NCBI GenBank assembly: GCA_017857175.1
Contig: JAFMDS010000001.1
Span: 55,088-119,087, forward strand
Length of the DNA stretch: 64,000 nucleotides
Direction of reading: 5' to 3'
From: Candidatus Nanopelagicales bacterium
GTDB taxonomy: Bacteria; Actinomycetota; Actinomycetes; S36-B12
Positions 51,323 to 60,862 of this stretch are shown here, piece by piece (position 1 is the stretch's first letter; the number at the start of each line of letters is the position of its first letter). A program made the translations under genes and the position numbers. The notes below the pieces were generated by a model. That model made no database searches. It worked only from the letters and a program-made list of their open reading frames with translations, and had not been told where the DNA came from.

Positions 51323-52185
51323 TGCGTTGGATTAAAAGCAAACTCCTCAGTGTCATCGCAGTCTTGGTGCTCATTTATCTTTTCATTCCCATTGCCGTTG
51401 TTGCCACACTCAGCTTCAACAAGCCAGAGGGTAAATACAACACCAGTTGGAATCAATTTTCACTCGACGCTTGGACCAACATTTGTGGTGTTCCGGGCGT
51501 GTGCGACTCGTTTATGATCAGTGTACGAATCGGAATTATCTCAACTATCTTTGCCACAATTTTGGGCACCATGATCGCGTTTGCATTGGTGCGCTACAGA
51601 TTCAGGGGCCGAGCAACCACTAACCTTCTGATTTTTCTACCCATGACAACCCCTGAAGTGGTCATGGGTGCCAGCCTGTTAGCGCTTTTTCTTAATTTAC
51701 GGTTCCCACTGGGCGAGACCACAATCATCATCGCTCACATTATGTTCACGATTTCATTTGTTGTTGTTACTGTCAAAGCGCGACTACAAGGCATGGACCC
51801 TCGCCTCGAGGAGGCCGCTCGGGACCTCTATGCAAGTCCCCGAGCAACATTCCGCTACGTAACGTTTCCCTTGGTTGCCCCTGGGATCGCGGGCGCAGCC
51901 CTATTGGGCTTTTCGCTCTCATTTGATGATTTCATCATCAGTTTTTTCAATGCGGGAACAGTCGTGACATTCCCCATCTATATCTGGGGTGCTGCCCAAC
52001 GAGGCATTCCTGTTCAGGTGAATGCACTGGCAACTTTGGTCTTTGTGGTGGCGTTACTCATCGTGTTGACCTCGCAGTTTGTTTCCTATCGCAAGCGCAA
52101 AGCACTCGAGGCTGGAATGTCCTCAGATCCCGCCATTGCGGGCGCAAATGTGAAGGGCCTCGAAGCCGCAATGCCTCGTTCCTAA
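51322..52185 (+). CDS. potC: Polyamine ABC permease
   Basis: LSFN, PEVVMG, AHIMF, LEEAARDLYA, SFDDF. Confidence 0.88.
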   Translation: MRWIKSKLLSVIAVLVLIYLFIPIAVVATLSFNKPEGKYNTSWNQFSLDAWTNICGVPGVCDSFMISVRIGIISTIFATILGTMIAFALVRYRFRGRATTNLLIFLPMTTPEVVMGASLLALFLNLRFPLGETTIIIAHIMFTISFVVVTVKARLQGMDPRLEEAARDLYASPRATFRYVTFPLVAPGIAGAALLGFSLSFDDFIISFFNAGTVVTFPIYIWGAAQRGIPVQVNALATLVFVVALLIVLTSQFVSYRKRKALEAGMSSDPAIAGANVKGLEAAMPRS

Positions 52186-52311
52186 CTACATGGCACACTT
52201 GAGGTTAAGAGAGCCTAGATTGCGGGCTCGTGATAAGTGATTGAAGGGATTGGTGGGACGTTCAGGCGCTCGGTCTGAATCGTTACGTGTACCCCAACGT
52301 AAAGGAGTCCC

Positions 52312-53730
52312 ATGTTTAATCTTGATCCATCCGAGCCGAGTTTTGGCAAAGTGCACAATCTGTGCCACACGCCATTTTGGCTTGACAGTGATGCACGTCC
52401 GCAGCCATTTGCGTCCTTGGAACTGGACGGTCACGCTTCTGTTGATTTGCTGATTATCGGAGGTGGGTTCACAGGACTCTGGGCTGCGGTGGAAGCCGCG
52501 CTTGAAAATCCTGACCAATCAATTATGTTGATCGAAGGTGACCGGATTGCGGGTGGGGCTACGGGGCGCAATGGCGGCTTTGTTGCCGCATCCCTCACCC
52601 ATGGTTTTAGCAATGGGTTGAGTCGTTGGGCTAGTGAACTTTCCGAGCTGGAGCGTCTCGGTCTTGAGAATCTCAATGAAATCGAAAGCAGAATTCATCA
52701 ATTCAACATTGACTGTGACTGGCTGCGATCAGGCGAACTCGATGTTGCGGTCGAGGATTATCAACTTCTTGAACTCGCAGAAGTGCACGAGCAAATGACG
52801 GGTTGTGGTTCTGCCTCGGAACTCCTTGGCGTTCGGGAACTGCGGCAGCGAGTCGATTCCCCCATGTACAAGGGAGCCCTGTTTGATCCCAACGTGGCCA
52901 TGGTTGACCCTGCGCGTTTGGCGTGGGGTCTATCGCGTGTGGCTGTTGAATTGGGCGTTGTTATTCATGAACACACGAAAGCAACTGATTTCGTAGATCA
53001 AGGCACCCACGTTGAAGTCAAAACCGCTGGTGCCACGATTCATGCTCATCGAGTCTTGTTGGCCACAAATGCCTATCCACCGCTATTGACGCGACTAAAA
53101 CATTATTTGGTGCCGGTCTATGACTATGTCATCATGACTGCTCCATTGACTGAAAGTGAACGCTCGAGCATCGGCTGGTCAGGGCGCGAAGGTATCGGTG
53201 ATTCAGGCAATCAATTTCACTACTATCGAATGACGCAGGACGGGCGAATCCTCTTTGGCGGGTACGATGCCAACTATCACAAAGGCAATGGAATGGGTCC
53301 GGAGTTTGATGTGGACCTCACCAGTTTTGCCCGCCTCGCAGATCACTTTGCACAAATTTTCCCTCAACTGGCCGAGGTGAAATTTACTCATGGCTGGGGT
53401 GGCGCCATCGATACCTGCACTCGCTTCAGCGCTTTTTGGGGCACTGCACATGGTGGAAAGACGGCCTATGTCGCTGGCTACACGGGTCTTGGAGTTGGTG
53501 CCTCGCGGTTTGGGGCACTGACCTGCCTTGATCTTCTTGAGGGGCGAGATACTGAACGAACCCGCCTCGACATGGTGAGAACCAAGCCACTTCCATTTCC
53601 ACCTGAACCACTTCGAAGTATCGGAATCGGCTGGACACGTCGATCGCTTCAAAAGGCGGATCGAGAACAAGGTAAACGCAACCTGTGGTTGCGAACCCTT
53701 GATTCCATGGGACTGGGATTCGACTCTTAA
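52312..53730 (+). CDS. FAD-dependent oxidoreductase (PuuB-like), copy 2
   Basis: IIGGGFTGLW, GATGRNGGF, LATNAY, NQFHYYR, WGGAID, GYTGLGV, FPPEP. Confidence 0.88.
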   Translation: MFNLDPSEPSFGKVHNLCHTPFWLDSDARPQPFASLELDGHASVDLLIIGGGFTGLWAAVEAALENPDQSIMLIEGDRIAGGATGRNGGFVAASLTHGFSNGLSRWASELSELERLGLENLNEIESRIHQFNIDCDWLRSGELDVAVEDYQLLELAEVHEQMTGCGSASELLGVRELRQRVDSPMYKGALFDPNVAMVDPARLAWGLSRVAVELGVVIHEHTKATDFVDQGTHVEVKTAGATIHAHRVLLATNAYPPLLTRLKHYLVPVYDYVIMTAPLTESERSSIGWSGREGIGDSGNQFHYYRMTQDGRILFGGYDANYHKGNGMGPEFDVDLTSFARLADHFAQIFPQLAEVKFTHGWGGAIDTCTRFSAFWGTAHGGKTAYVAGYTGLGVGASRFGALTCLDLLEGRDTERTRLDMVRTKPLPFPPEPLRSIGIGWTRRSLQKADREQGKRNLWLRTLDSMGLGFDS

Positions 53731-53764
53731 GGAGTTTTTAGGCCAAGGGAGGTAGGGTCACAGC

Positions 53765-54790
53765 ATGAGCAGATATGGCGCGCAATTTGGACCGAACTTC
53801 ACTTTTCTAGGTGTCCCCGAATGCGACCTCGACGTGCCAGATACCTATGGTGATGCTGATGTGGTCATCGTTGGGGCACCATTTGATGGTGGCACTTCCT
53901 ATCGATCCGGAGCCAGGTTTGGTCCCAGTGCACTCAGGGCAGCTTGCTACCTCGAGCATGATGGGAGTCGCCCCTCGCTTGCCCTTCGTGTCGATGGACT
54001 CAAAGACATGAAAGTGGTTGATGCAGGTGACGTTGAGCTTTACAGCGGTGATGCGACTCGCTCTTGTGCGGACTTGGAAGTTGTCATAGAGAAAATCGCT
54101 CAGACAGGTGCAATACCTCTTGTACTTGGGGGTGACCACACAATCACCTGGCCCGATGTCACGGGTGTTGCTCGAGCGCGGGGGTGGGGCAAAATTGCGG
54201 TAATTCATTTTGATGCGCACGCAGATACCGGCGATATAACTTTTGGTTCCCTGGTTGGCCATGGCCAACCCATGCGGCGCCTCATTGAGTCTGGCGCTGT
54301 ACGGGGAGACAGGTTTTTCCAGATTGGTCTCCGAGGCTATTGGCCGGAGCCGGAAACCTTAGGCTGGATGGCCGAACAAGGCATGCGTTCCTATGAAATG
54401 ACCGAGATTGTTGAGCGTGGTTTAAGCGAATGTCTGACCGAGGTATTTGCACACTCGCTCGAAGATTGCGATGGTATTTTCTTAAGTGTTGACATCGATG
54501 TGTGTGATCCTGGACATGCTCCAGGGACAGGTACTCCTGAGCCTGGGGGATTAACGTCAAGGGAGCTCCTTGATGCCGTTCGCAGGATTTGTTATGAACT
54601 CCCGATTTTTGGCATGGATGTTGTTGAGGTTGCCCCGCCCTATGACCACGCAGACATCACCGCAATGTTGGGTAACCGAGTGATCCTTGAGGCTTTGAGC
54701 GCCATCGCCAGACGTCGACAGGATGACCGTGAAGGAACAACGTGGGATCCAGCCCAGCCCTTACTCGCAGACAGATTCCCAGGGGAGTAG
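53765..54790 (+). CDS. speB: Agmatinase-family ureohydrolase (agmatinase or guanidinobutyrase)
   Basis: GARFGP, GGDHTIT, HFDAHAD, SVDIDVCDP, PGTGTPEPGG, VEVAP. Confidence 0.82.
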   Translation: MSRYGAQFGPNFTFLGVPECDLDVPDTYGDADVVIVGAPFDGGTSYRSGARFGPSALRAACYLEHDGSRPSLALRVDGLKDMKVVDAGDVELYSGDATRSCADLEVVIEKIAQTGAIPLVLGGDHTITWPDVTGVARARGWGKIAVIHFDAHADTGDITFGSLVGHGQPMRRLIESGAVRGDRFFQIGLRGYWPEPETLGWMAEQGMRSYEMTEIVERGLSECLTEVFAHSLEDCDGIFLSVDIDVCDPGHAPGTGTPEPGGLTSRELLDAVRRICYELPIFGMDVVEVAPPYDHADITAMLGNRVILEALSAIARRRQDDREGTTWDPAQPLLADRFPGE

Positions 54791-54792
54791 TC

Positions 54793-56001
54793 ATGCGAAT
54801 ACTCGCGATTGGGGCGGGCGGCGTTGGCACGAGCGCTGCGTTAATTGCTGCGCGTCGCACATTTTTTGAACATTGGGTGTGTGCTGACTATGACCTAGAG
54901 CGCGCAAATGATCTTGTGCAGCAAGTGAATGATTCACGCTTTGTTGCATCTCGCGTGGACGCCTCGGACAGCGCCGACATTGAAAGGCTGATTCGTGAGC
55001 ATTTGATCACCCATGTTTTGAATGTTGTTGATCCACGATTTGTCATGCCGATTTTCATGGCGGCTCTGAATGCGGGTGCGAACTACATGGATACCGCCAT
55101 GAGCCTGTCTCGACCGCATCCCGTGGCACCATTTCAAGAAACTGGTGTCAAACTGGGTGACGAACAATTCGAAACCGAGCACCACTGGCGTGACAAAGGG
55201 CTACTTGCACTCTGTGGCATGGGGGTAGAGCCAGGTCTGGCAGACGTATTTGCTCGATACGCGGCTGACCACCTTTTTTCTGAGATCGACGAGATCGGAA
55301 TCAGAGACGGCGCAAATCTTCAGGTTGATGGCCATTCATTTGCTCCGACATTCTCCATCTGGACCACTATTGAAGAGTGTCTTAATCCACCTATCATCTG
55401 GGAAAAGACCAAAGGTTGGTACACGACCCAACCGTTCAGCGGGGCCGAAGTATTCGATTTCCCTGATGGAATTGGTCCACAGGAATGCGTGAACGTTGAA
55501 CACGAGGAAGTCGTACTCATTCCTCGATGGATCGACTGCAAGCGCGTCACATTCAAGTACGGCCTAGGTGATGAATTCATTGAGATTCTCAAGACACTGC
55601 ACAAGCTCAATCTCGATTCAACAAGTCCTGTTCTGGTCAAGGGCGTTGAAGTGAGTCCTCGTGACGTTGTCGCTGCTGCACTGCCTGATCCACTCACGCT
55701 CGGGGACAAAATGAGCGGGAAAACCTGTGCAGGAACTTGGGTGACAGGGTTAGGAAAAGACGGGCAACCGCGCTCGGTATACCTCTATCACGTTACTGAT
55801 AATGCTTGGTCAATGTCTGAATACGGAACCCAGGCGGTGACGTGGCAAACAGCGATGAACCCGGTCATAGCTCTCGAGTTGTTGTCCTCGGGTCAATGGC
55901 AAGGTTCAGGTGTGCTGGGGCCAGAGGCCTTTGATTCAGTTCCCTATCTTGAGCTGATGTCCAGTGGATTTGGGCAGCAGTTTGGCCTCCGTGAAGACTA
56001 A
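54793..56001 (+). CDS. Saccharopine dehydrogenase family NAD(P)-dependent oxidoreductase
   Basis: IGAGGVG Rossmann motif, NYMDTA, GMGVEPG, VEHEEV, VTFKYG, GVLGPEAFD. Confidence 0.85.
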   Translation: MRILAIGAGGVGTSAALIAARRTFFEHWVCADYDLERANDLVQQVNDSRFVASRVDASDSADIERLIREHLITHVLNVVDPRFVMPIFMAALNAGANYMDTAMSLSRPHPVAPFQETGVKLGDEQFETEHHWRDKGLLALCGMGVEPGLADVFARYAADHLFSEIDEIGIRDGANLQVDGHSFAPTFSIWTTIEECLNPPIIWEKTKGWYTTQPFSGAEVFDFPDGIGPQECVNVEHEEVVLIPRWIDCKRVTFKYGLGDEFIEILKTLHKLNLDSTSPVLVKGVEVSPRDVVAAALPDPLTLGDKMSGKTCAGTWVTGLGKDGQPRSVYLYHVTDNAWSMSEYGTQAVTWQTAMNPVIALELLSSGQWQGSGVLGPEAFDSVPYLELMSSGFGQQFGLRED

Positions 56002-57362
56002 GCGCTGGTAGCTTCGAAAGCTTCTTCGAGTACTGACATGGCTTCTTCCAGTAGGTGCCGTGGCATGACAAGTGAGGGAAGGAACCTAAATACGTTGCCG
56101 TATGTTCCAGCCGTAAGAGTCACGACTCCATGTTGGTGACAGTACTTGTTTAAGGCTGCCGCCCGATCTGCATCAGGTTCCATCGTTCCAGGCTTGACTA
56201 GTTCAATTGCGATCATGGCTCCTCGGCCGCGAATATCACCGATCGTTGGGTGATTAATCTGCATGTCTTTGAGGCGGGGGAGCATGATGGATTCAATTTC
56301 CTTGGCTCGCTCGTTGGCATTATTGGCCTCCATCCATGCAATGGATCCGAGGGCGGCAGCACAGGCAACTGGATTTCCCCCGTAGGTGCCGCCGAGGCCG
56401 CCGACATGGACGCTGTCCATGATGTCTGCTCGACCGGTCACGGCCGCAAGGGGCATGCCACCTGCGATTCCCTTAGCGGTGGTGATCATGTCAGGCACGA
56501 CACCTTCAAATTCGCTCGCGAACCAACTGCCGGTTCGGCAGAATCCTGATTGAATTTCATCAGCGACGAAAACGATGCCGTTAGCCTGGGCAAAATCGGC
56601 CATCGCCTTGAAATAGCCCGGAGCCGGGACGATAAATCCACCTTCACCCAAAATAGGCTCAATGACGATGGCAGCAACATTGGTGGCACCCAATTCCTTT
56701 TCAATTTTAGAGATTGCCCAATTCGCAACCTCGGTTCCACCGTGTGGGCCGTCGTGAAATGGGTAGGAAATGGGCACGCGATAAATCTCGGGAGCAAAGG
56801 GTCCGAATGATTGCTTGTATGGCATGTTTTTGGCCGTCATGCCCATCGTTAGATTCGTTCGGCCGTGGTAGCCATGCTCCACAACGACAACTGCTTGCCG
56901 GCCGGTGAATGCCCTAGCGATTTTGACTGCGTTTTCTACGGCCTCGGCTCCCGAGTTGAAGAGCGCGGATCGCTTGTCGTGAGAGCCAGGTGTTAGCCGA
57001 TTGAGTGCCTCGCACACTTGCACATAACCCTCATAGGGCGTGACCATAAAACAAGTGTGGGTGAAATTGGCGGCCTGCTCCTGCACACCGGCAACAACCT
57101 CGGGATTCGCATTGCCAACGGTGGTTACCGCTATGCCAGAACCCATGTCAATTAATGAGTTTCCATCCGCATCGATGAGGACACCCCCGGCGGCTTTGGT
57201 GATGAAAGTTGGGAGACCGATTCCCACGCCCGCGGATACTGCATTCGCCTTCCGCGCGAGGAGTCCCTGAGATTGTGGACCCGGAATTTCGGTGACCAAC
57301 CGTCGCACCTGCTCCACCCCGTTGATGGTGTGCTCTGTTGCGAAATCTGATGTTGTTGTCAT
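55998..57362 (-). CDS. gabT: 4-aminobutyrate:2-oxoglutarate aminotransferase
   Basis: GIAVTTVG, FTHTCFMV, NSGAEAVENAVK, YHGRT, DEIQSGFCRTG, TAKG, GGTYGGNP; GGAGG SD; TAGACT -10 at 57421-57416. Confidence 0.92.
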   Translation of the reverse strand: MTTTSDFATEHTINGVEQVRRLVTEIPGPQSQGLLARKANAVSAGVGIGLPTFITKAAGGVLIDADGNSLIDMGSGIAVTTVGNANPEVVAGVQEQAANFTHTCFMVTPYEGYVQVCEALNRLTPGSHDKRSALFNSGAEAVENAVKIARAFTGRQAVVVVEHGYHGRTNLTMGMTAKNMPYKQSFGPFAPEIYRVPISYPFHDGPHGGTEVANWAISKIEKELGATNVAAIVIEPILGEGGFIVPAPGYFKAMADFAQANGIVFVADEIQSGFCRTGSWFASEFEGVVPDMITTAKGIAGGMPLAAVTGRADIMDSVHVGGLGGTYGGNPVACAAALGSIAWMEANNANERAKEIESIMLPRLKDMQINHPTIGDIRGRGAMIAIELVKPGTMEPDADRAAALNKYCHQHGVVTLTAGTYGNVFRFLPSLVMPRHLLEEAMSVLEEAFEATSA

Positions 57363-57460
57363 GAAAACCTCCGCAGGTGTGCTTGGGGTAAGCGTGGACA
57401 CTTCTCCCGGGACGCAGTCTAAGGCCACGTTGGAGCAGGGGAAGAGCATAGGATGGATTC

Positions 57461-57739
57461 ATGAGTACTTCACATGAAATCAATGGGGTTCACATAAACC
57501 ATCACCAAAGGACCACGCTCGAGAAGGTGATGTCGCATCCAACTAACCATGACCTTCAGTGGAAAGACGTTATCCATCTGGCCGAAGCACTTGGTGAGGT
57601 GGATGAACGCCACGACGGCAAAATTAAACTGACCATTGGTGACATGAGTGAAGTTTTCGACCCCAACCACAGGAACATCAGCATGGATCAAATTGCGCAC
57701 CTGCGGCAAATGTTTACCGCCGCAGGCTTCACGATCTAG
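57461..57739 (+). CDS. Small His-rich protein, HicA-like
   Basis: 92 aa; HQRTTLEKVMSHP, LQWKDVIHLAEALG, hairpin GKIKLTIG, LRQMFTAAG; TAGGAT 6 nt before ATG. Confidence 0.6.
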   Translation: MSTSHEINGVHINHHQRTTLEKVMSHPTNHDLQWKDVIHLAEALGEVDERHDGKIKLTIGDMSEVFDPNHRNISMDQIAHLRQMFTAAGFTI

Positions 57740-57748
57740 GAGAACACG

Positions 57749-58201
57749 ATGGCTGCCCACGACGAATACAATGAAATAAATCTGCATGGGAAGTTTGCCG
57801 TTGCGGCTATTGACTTTCACGAAGCTCGAATTTTCGCCCTCGAAGGAGACAACACAGGTAGGCCTGAAAGGGTTGTGGCAGAAGACAAAGACGGATTTCT
57901 GCGTAAATTACATACGAAAACAAATAACGTCGAGGGTGACTACCACACCCCAGGTGACGAGTATTGGAAATCAATCGCAATTGTGCTGCAACGAGCCAAT
58001 GCCGTTGTTCTTCTTGGACATGGAAACGGGAAGGCCAATGCCTCGCATCAATTCATCGCATATGTTGAAAAGCATTACTCAGATCTTGGCGCAAAAATCT
58101 TGGGTGACTTACGCCTTGATATTGATGACCTCACAGATCCGCAGGTTCTTCGTATCGGACAAACATTCTTTGATGTTGCCCCCAAACGGAATATGCCCTA
58201 A
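57749..58201 (+). CDS. Hypothetical protein resembling a stand-alone eRF1 middle-domain (baeRF/host-attachment-like) fold
   Basis: 150 aa; AVAAIDFHEARIF, YWKSIAIVL...VVLLGHGNGK, LTDPQV; AGGAG SD; no GGQ. Confidence 0.55.
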   Translation: MAAHDEYNEINLHGKFAVAAIDFHEARIFALEGDNTGRPERVVAEDKDGFLRKLHTKTNNVEGDYHTPGDEYWKSIAIVLQRANAVVLLGHGNGKANASHQFIAYVEKHYSDLGAKILGDLRLDIDDLTDPQVLRIGQTFFDVAPKRNMP

Positions 58202-58239
58202 CCGTTGAGCGTGAATCAAGTGCGCCCTAATGAGACGAA

Positions 58240-59460
58240 TTGAACAGACCCCCTTCTAATCTGATCCGTGTTGCCATATTGGGCAGCACTGGGTCCATTG
58301 GAACCCAAGCACTGGACATCATTCGACGCAATCCATCGATGTTTACAGTGATGGGATTGAGTGCATCTGGTAACAATCCGGATCTCTATGCTCAACAAAT
58401 CCTTGAATTTCTGCCAGACGTTTTCGGTGTTAGCCGAGGCACGTGCGCACAGGACATTCAGATGCGGGTTTTCGCGGGCGCCCAGGAAGCAGGTTTCGCG
58501 GTTGGCGATTCACGAATCCCTGAAATGGTCGTTGGTCCCGATGCGTCAGCCCAAGTAGCATCACTTGGTGCCGACGTCGTTCTTAACGGAATTGCTGGGG
58601 CAGCGGGCCTTGTTCCCACGCTTCGGGCGCTTGAATCGGGCTCTACGTTGGCGCTGGCCAACAAGGAGTCTTTGATCATCGGCGGTGATTTGGTCAAGCG
58701 GCTGGCAGAACCAGGGCAAATAGTTCCTGTTGACTCGGAACATTCTGCACTCGCCCAAGCGATGCTTGCCGGTACACATACAGAGGTCTCAAAATTGATT
58801 CTGACGGCCAGCGGTGGGCCTTTCAGGGGTTGGACTTTGGAGCAGTTGGCCTCCGTGACTGTTGCTCAAGCATTGGCGCATCCCACATGGAGCATGGGGC
58901 CATTAGTGACAATCAACTCAGCGACGATGGTTAACAAGGGTCTCGAAGTCATTGAGGCGCACCTACTATTTGACATTCCCTTTGATGACATCGAAGTCGT
59001 CATTCACCCGCAATCGGTAGTGCACTCAATGGTGGAATATGTGGATGGCTCAACCATCGCTCAAGCGAGCCCGCCTGATATGCGCATACCCATCGCGTGG
59101 GGGCTGGCGGCTCCCCATCGCATTGAGGGAGCGGCAGCCCCATGTGACTGGTCGCAAGCTGCAACCTGGGACTTCTTCCCCGTGGACAACGCAGCATTTC
59201 CGGCGGTTGACTTGGCCCGATCCGCAGGGGCTGCAGGAGGAACGGCACCCGCTGTTTTTAATGCTGCTGATGAAATCGCCGTAGAAGCGTTTCTTGACGG
59301 GGCCATCGGGTTCGTTGACATCGTACCCATGATCAATTCTGTACTAGGTCAACATCTGGAGTCAGCCCATGTGTCAGGGAACGGGCTTACACTGGAGAAC
59401 GTCCAAGATGCTGACGCATGGTCCCGCGCCCGAGTGCGCGAGATCATCGCAGCACAATGA
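58240..59460 (+). CDS. dxr: 1-deoxy-D-xylulose-5-phosphate reductoisomerase
   Basis: ILGSTGSIGTQ, LANKESL, PVDSEHSA, TASGGPF, HPTWSMG, NKGLE. Confidence 0.98.
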   Translation: MNRPPSNLIRVAILGSTGSIGTQALDIIRRNPSMFTVMGLSASGNNPDLYAQQILEFLPDVFGVSRGTCAQDIQMRVFAGAQEAGFAVGDSRIPEMVVGPDASAQVASLGADVVLNGIAGAAGLVPTLRALESGSTLALANKESLIIGGDLVKRLAEPGQIVPVDSEHSALAQAMLAGTHTEVSKLILTASGGPFRGWTLEQLASVTVAQALAHPTWSMGPLVTINSATMVNKGLEVIEAHLLFDIPFDDIEVVIHPQSVVHSMVEYVDGSTIAQASPPDMRIPIAWGLAAPHRIEGAAAPCDWSQAATWDFFPVDNAAFPAVDLARSAGAAGGTAPAVFNAADEIAVEAFLDGAIGFVDIVPMINSVLGQHLESAHVSGNGLTLENVQDADAWSRARVREIIAAQ

Positions 59461-59510
59461 AAATAGTCCCGTCCAACAGTGTGCTCATGCACGACGCGTG
59501 AAGAGGTGGT

Positions 59511-60839
59511 GTGCAGGTGCTCGAGGTGATTGGGATTATCTTGTTTGCGGCGCTCATCGGGCTCTCGATTGCACTCCATGAAATTGGGCACCTTGTGCCA
59601 GCAAAAAAGTTCGGAGTCCGCGTAACCGAGTACATGGTCGGTTTCGGTCCAACACTGTGGTCAAAGGTACGCGGGGAAACCCAATATGGCATCAAAGGAA
59701 TTCCTTTAGGCGGGTACATACGAATGATTGGCATGCTGCCGCCAGCGCCGGATGATCCAGAAGGTCGTTCACGGTCCATGTCCACCGGTCGATTTGCCAC
59801 AATGGTTGCGCAGGCTCGTGCAGCATCATTTGATGAAGTCGTACCTGGAGATGAAAACCGGATGTTTTACAAGCTCCCGGTGCACAGGCGAGTGATCATC
59901 ATGCTCGGCGGCCCAATCATGAACCTGCTCTTGGCATTTGTGCTCTTTGCCATCGTTCTTGTTGGCATTGGGCTTCCCAAACCATCACTTTCTGTCGCAG
60001 CGGTCATTCCCTGCACGCCCACAATGGAACAGCCCACGGGCCAACCACTGCCATCGGGCTTATGCCCCACTGGCACCCAGTCCACACCGGCGGCAATGGC
60101 GGGCCTTGAGGTGGATGACACAATCCTTGCCGTCGGTGACATATCCGTGGCCGATTGGGATGCAGCAACAACTTGGATTTCTCAGAATCCGGGTGTAAGA
60201 ACGAGTCTCGCGGTGGAGCGATCTGGTTCTGTAATCTCACTGCCCATTACCGTTGCTGAGGTCACTCGCCCTGAGTACGACATCAACGGCAGGGAAACGG
60301 GCGCGAGCCAGACCGTCGGTTTCTTGGGCGTTCGTCCTGGTTTCTATAACCAACGGGAATCAATTCTTGCTGTTCCCGGATTCATGTGGGATTTGACAGT
60401 GCGATCAGTTGAAGCCCTCATCTCGCTTCCCGTCAGGGTCTACGAATTAGTCACGGACACATTGATCGGTGGTCAGGAGCGTGCGATTGATGGACCGGTA
60501 TCTGTGGTGGGCGCGAGCCGACTGGGTGGAGAAATTGCAGCAATGGAATCACCCCTTAACTCAAAAATTGCGACATTCCTGGGGCTTGCGGCATCGCTCA
60601 ACCTGTTCCTCTTTTTGTTCAACCTACTCCCGGTCCTCCCTCTTGATGGAGGTCATGTAGCTGGTGCGCTCTATGAAGCATTAAAGCGTTTCTACGCACG
60701 ATTGCGCGGCAGACCCGACCCTGGTCCGGTGGACACGGCCCGCCTCTTACCGGTGGCCTACGTTGTGGCTGGGATCCTTCTTGCCATGGGGGTTATCGTG
60801 ATTTGGGCCGATTTGGTCAAGCCCATCTCGCTTGGATGA
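59511..60839 (+). CDS. rseP: Site-2 (M50) intramembrane metalloprotease with PDZ domain (RseP/Rip1)
   Basis: [26 protein letters not shown]. Confidence 0.93.
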   Translation: MQVLEVIGIILFAALIGLSIALHEIGHLVPAKKFGVRVTEYMVGFGPTLWSKVRGETQYGIKGIPLGGYIRMIGMLPPAPDDPEGRSRSMSTGRFATMVAQARAASFDEVVPGDENRMFYKLPVHRRVIIMLGGPIMNLLLAFVLFAIVLVGIGLPKPSLSVAAVIPCTPTMEQPTGQPLPSGLCPTGTQSTPAAMAGLEVDDTILAVGDISVADWDAATTWISQNPGVRTSLAVERSGSVISLPITVAEVTRPEYDINGRETGASQTVGFLGVRPGFYNQRESILAVPGFMWDLTVRSVEALISLPVRVYELVTDTLIGGQERAIDGPVSVVGASRLGGEIAAMESPLNSKIATFLGLAASLNLFLFLFNLLPVLPLDGGHVAGALYEALKRFYARLRGRPDPGPVDTARLLPVAYVVAGILLAMGVIVIWADLVKPISLG

Positions 60840-60862
60840 TCCCAAGGACCAATAATGGTCCC

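Noticed and set aside
55998..56001. 4-nt stop-codon overlap of convergent genes
   Set aside because: Common in compact genomes; no further signal
26427..58239. Whole accessory region as a mobile genomic island
   Set aside because: No integrase, transposase, flanking direct repeats or obvious compositional break seen; polyamine clusters at this locus seem ancestral in actinomycetes
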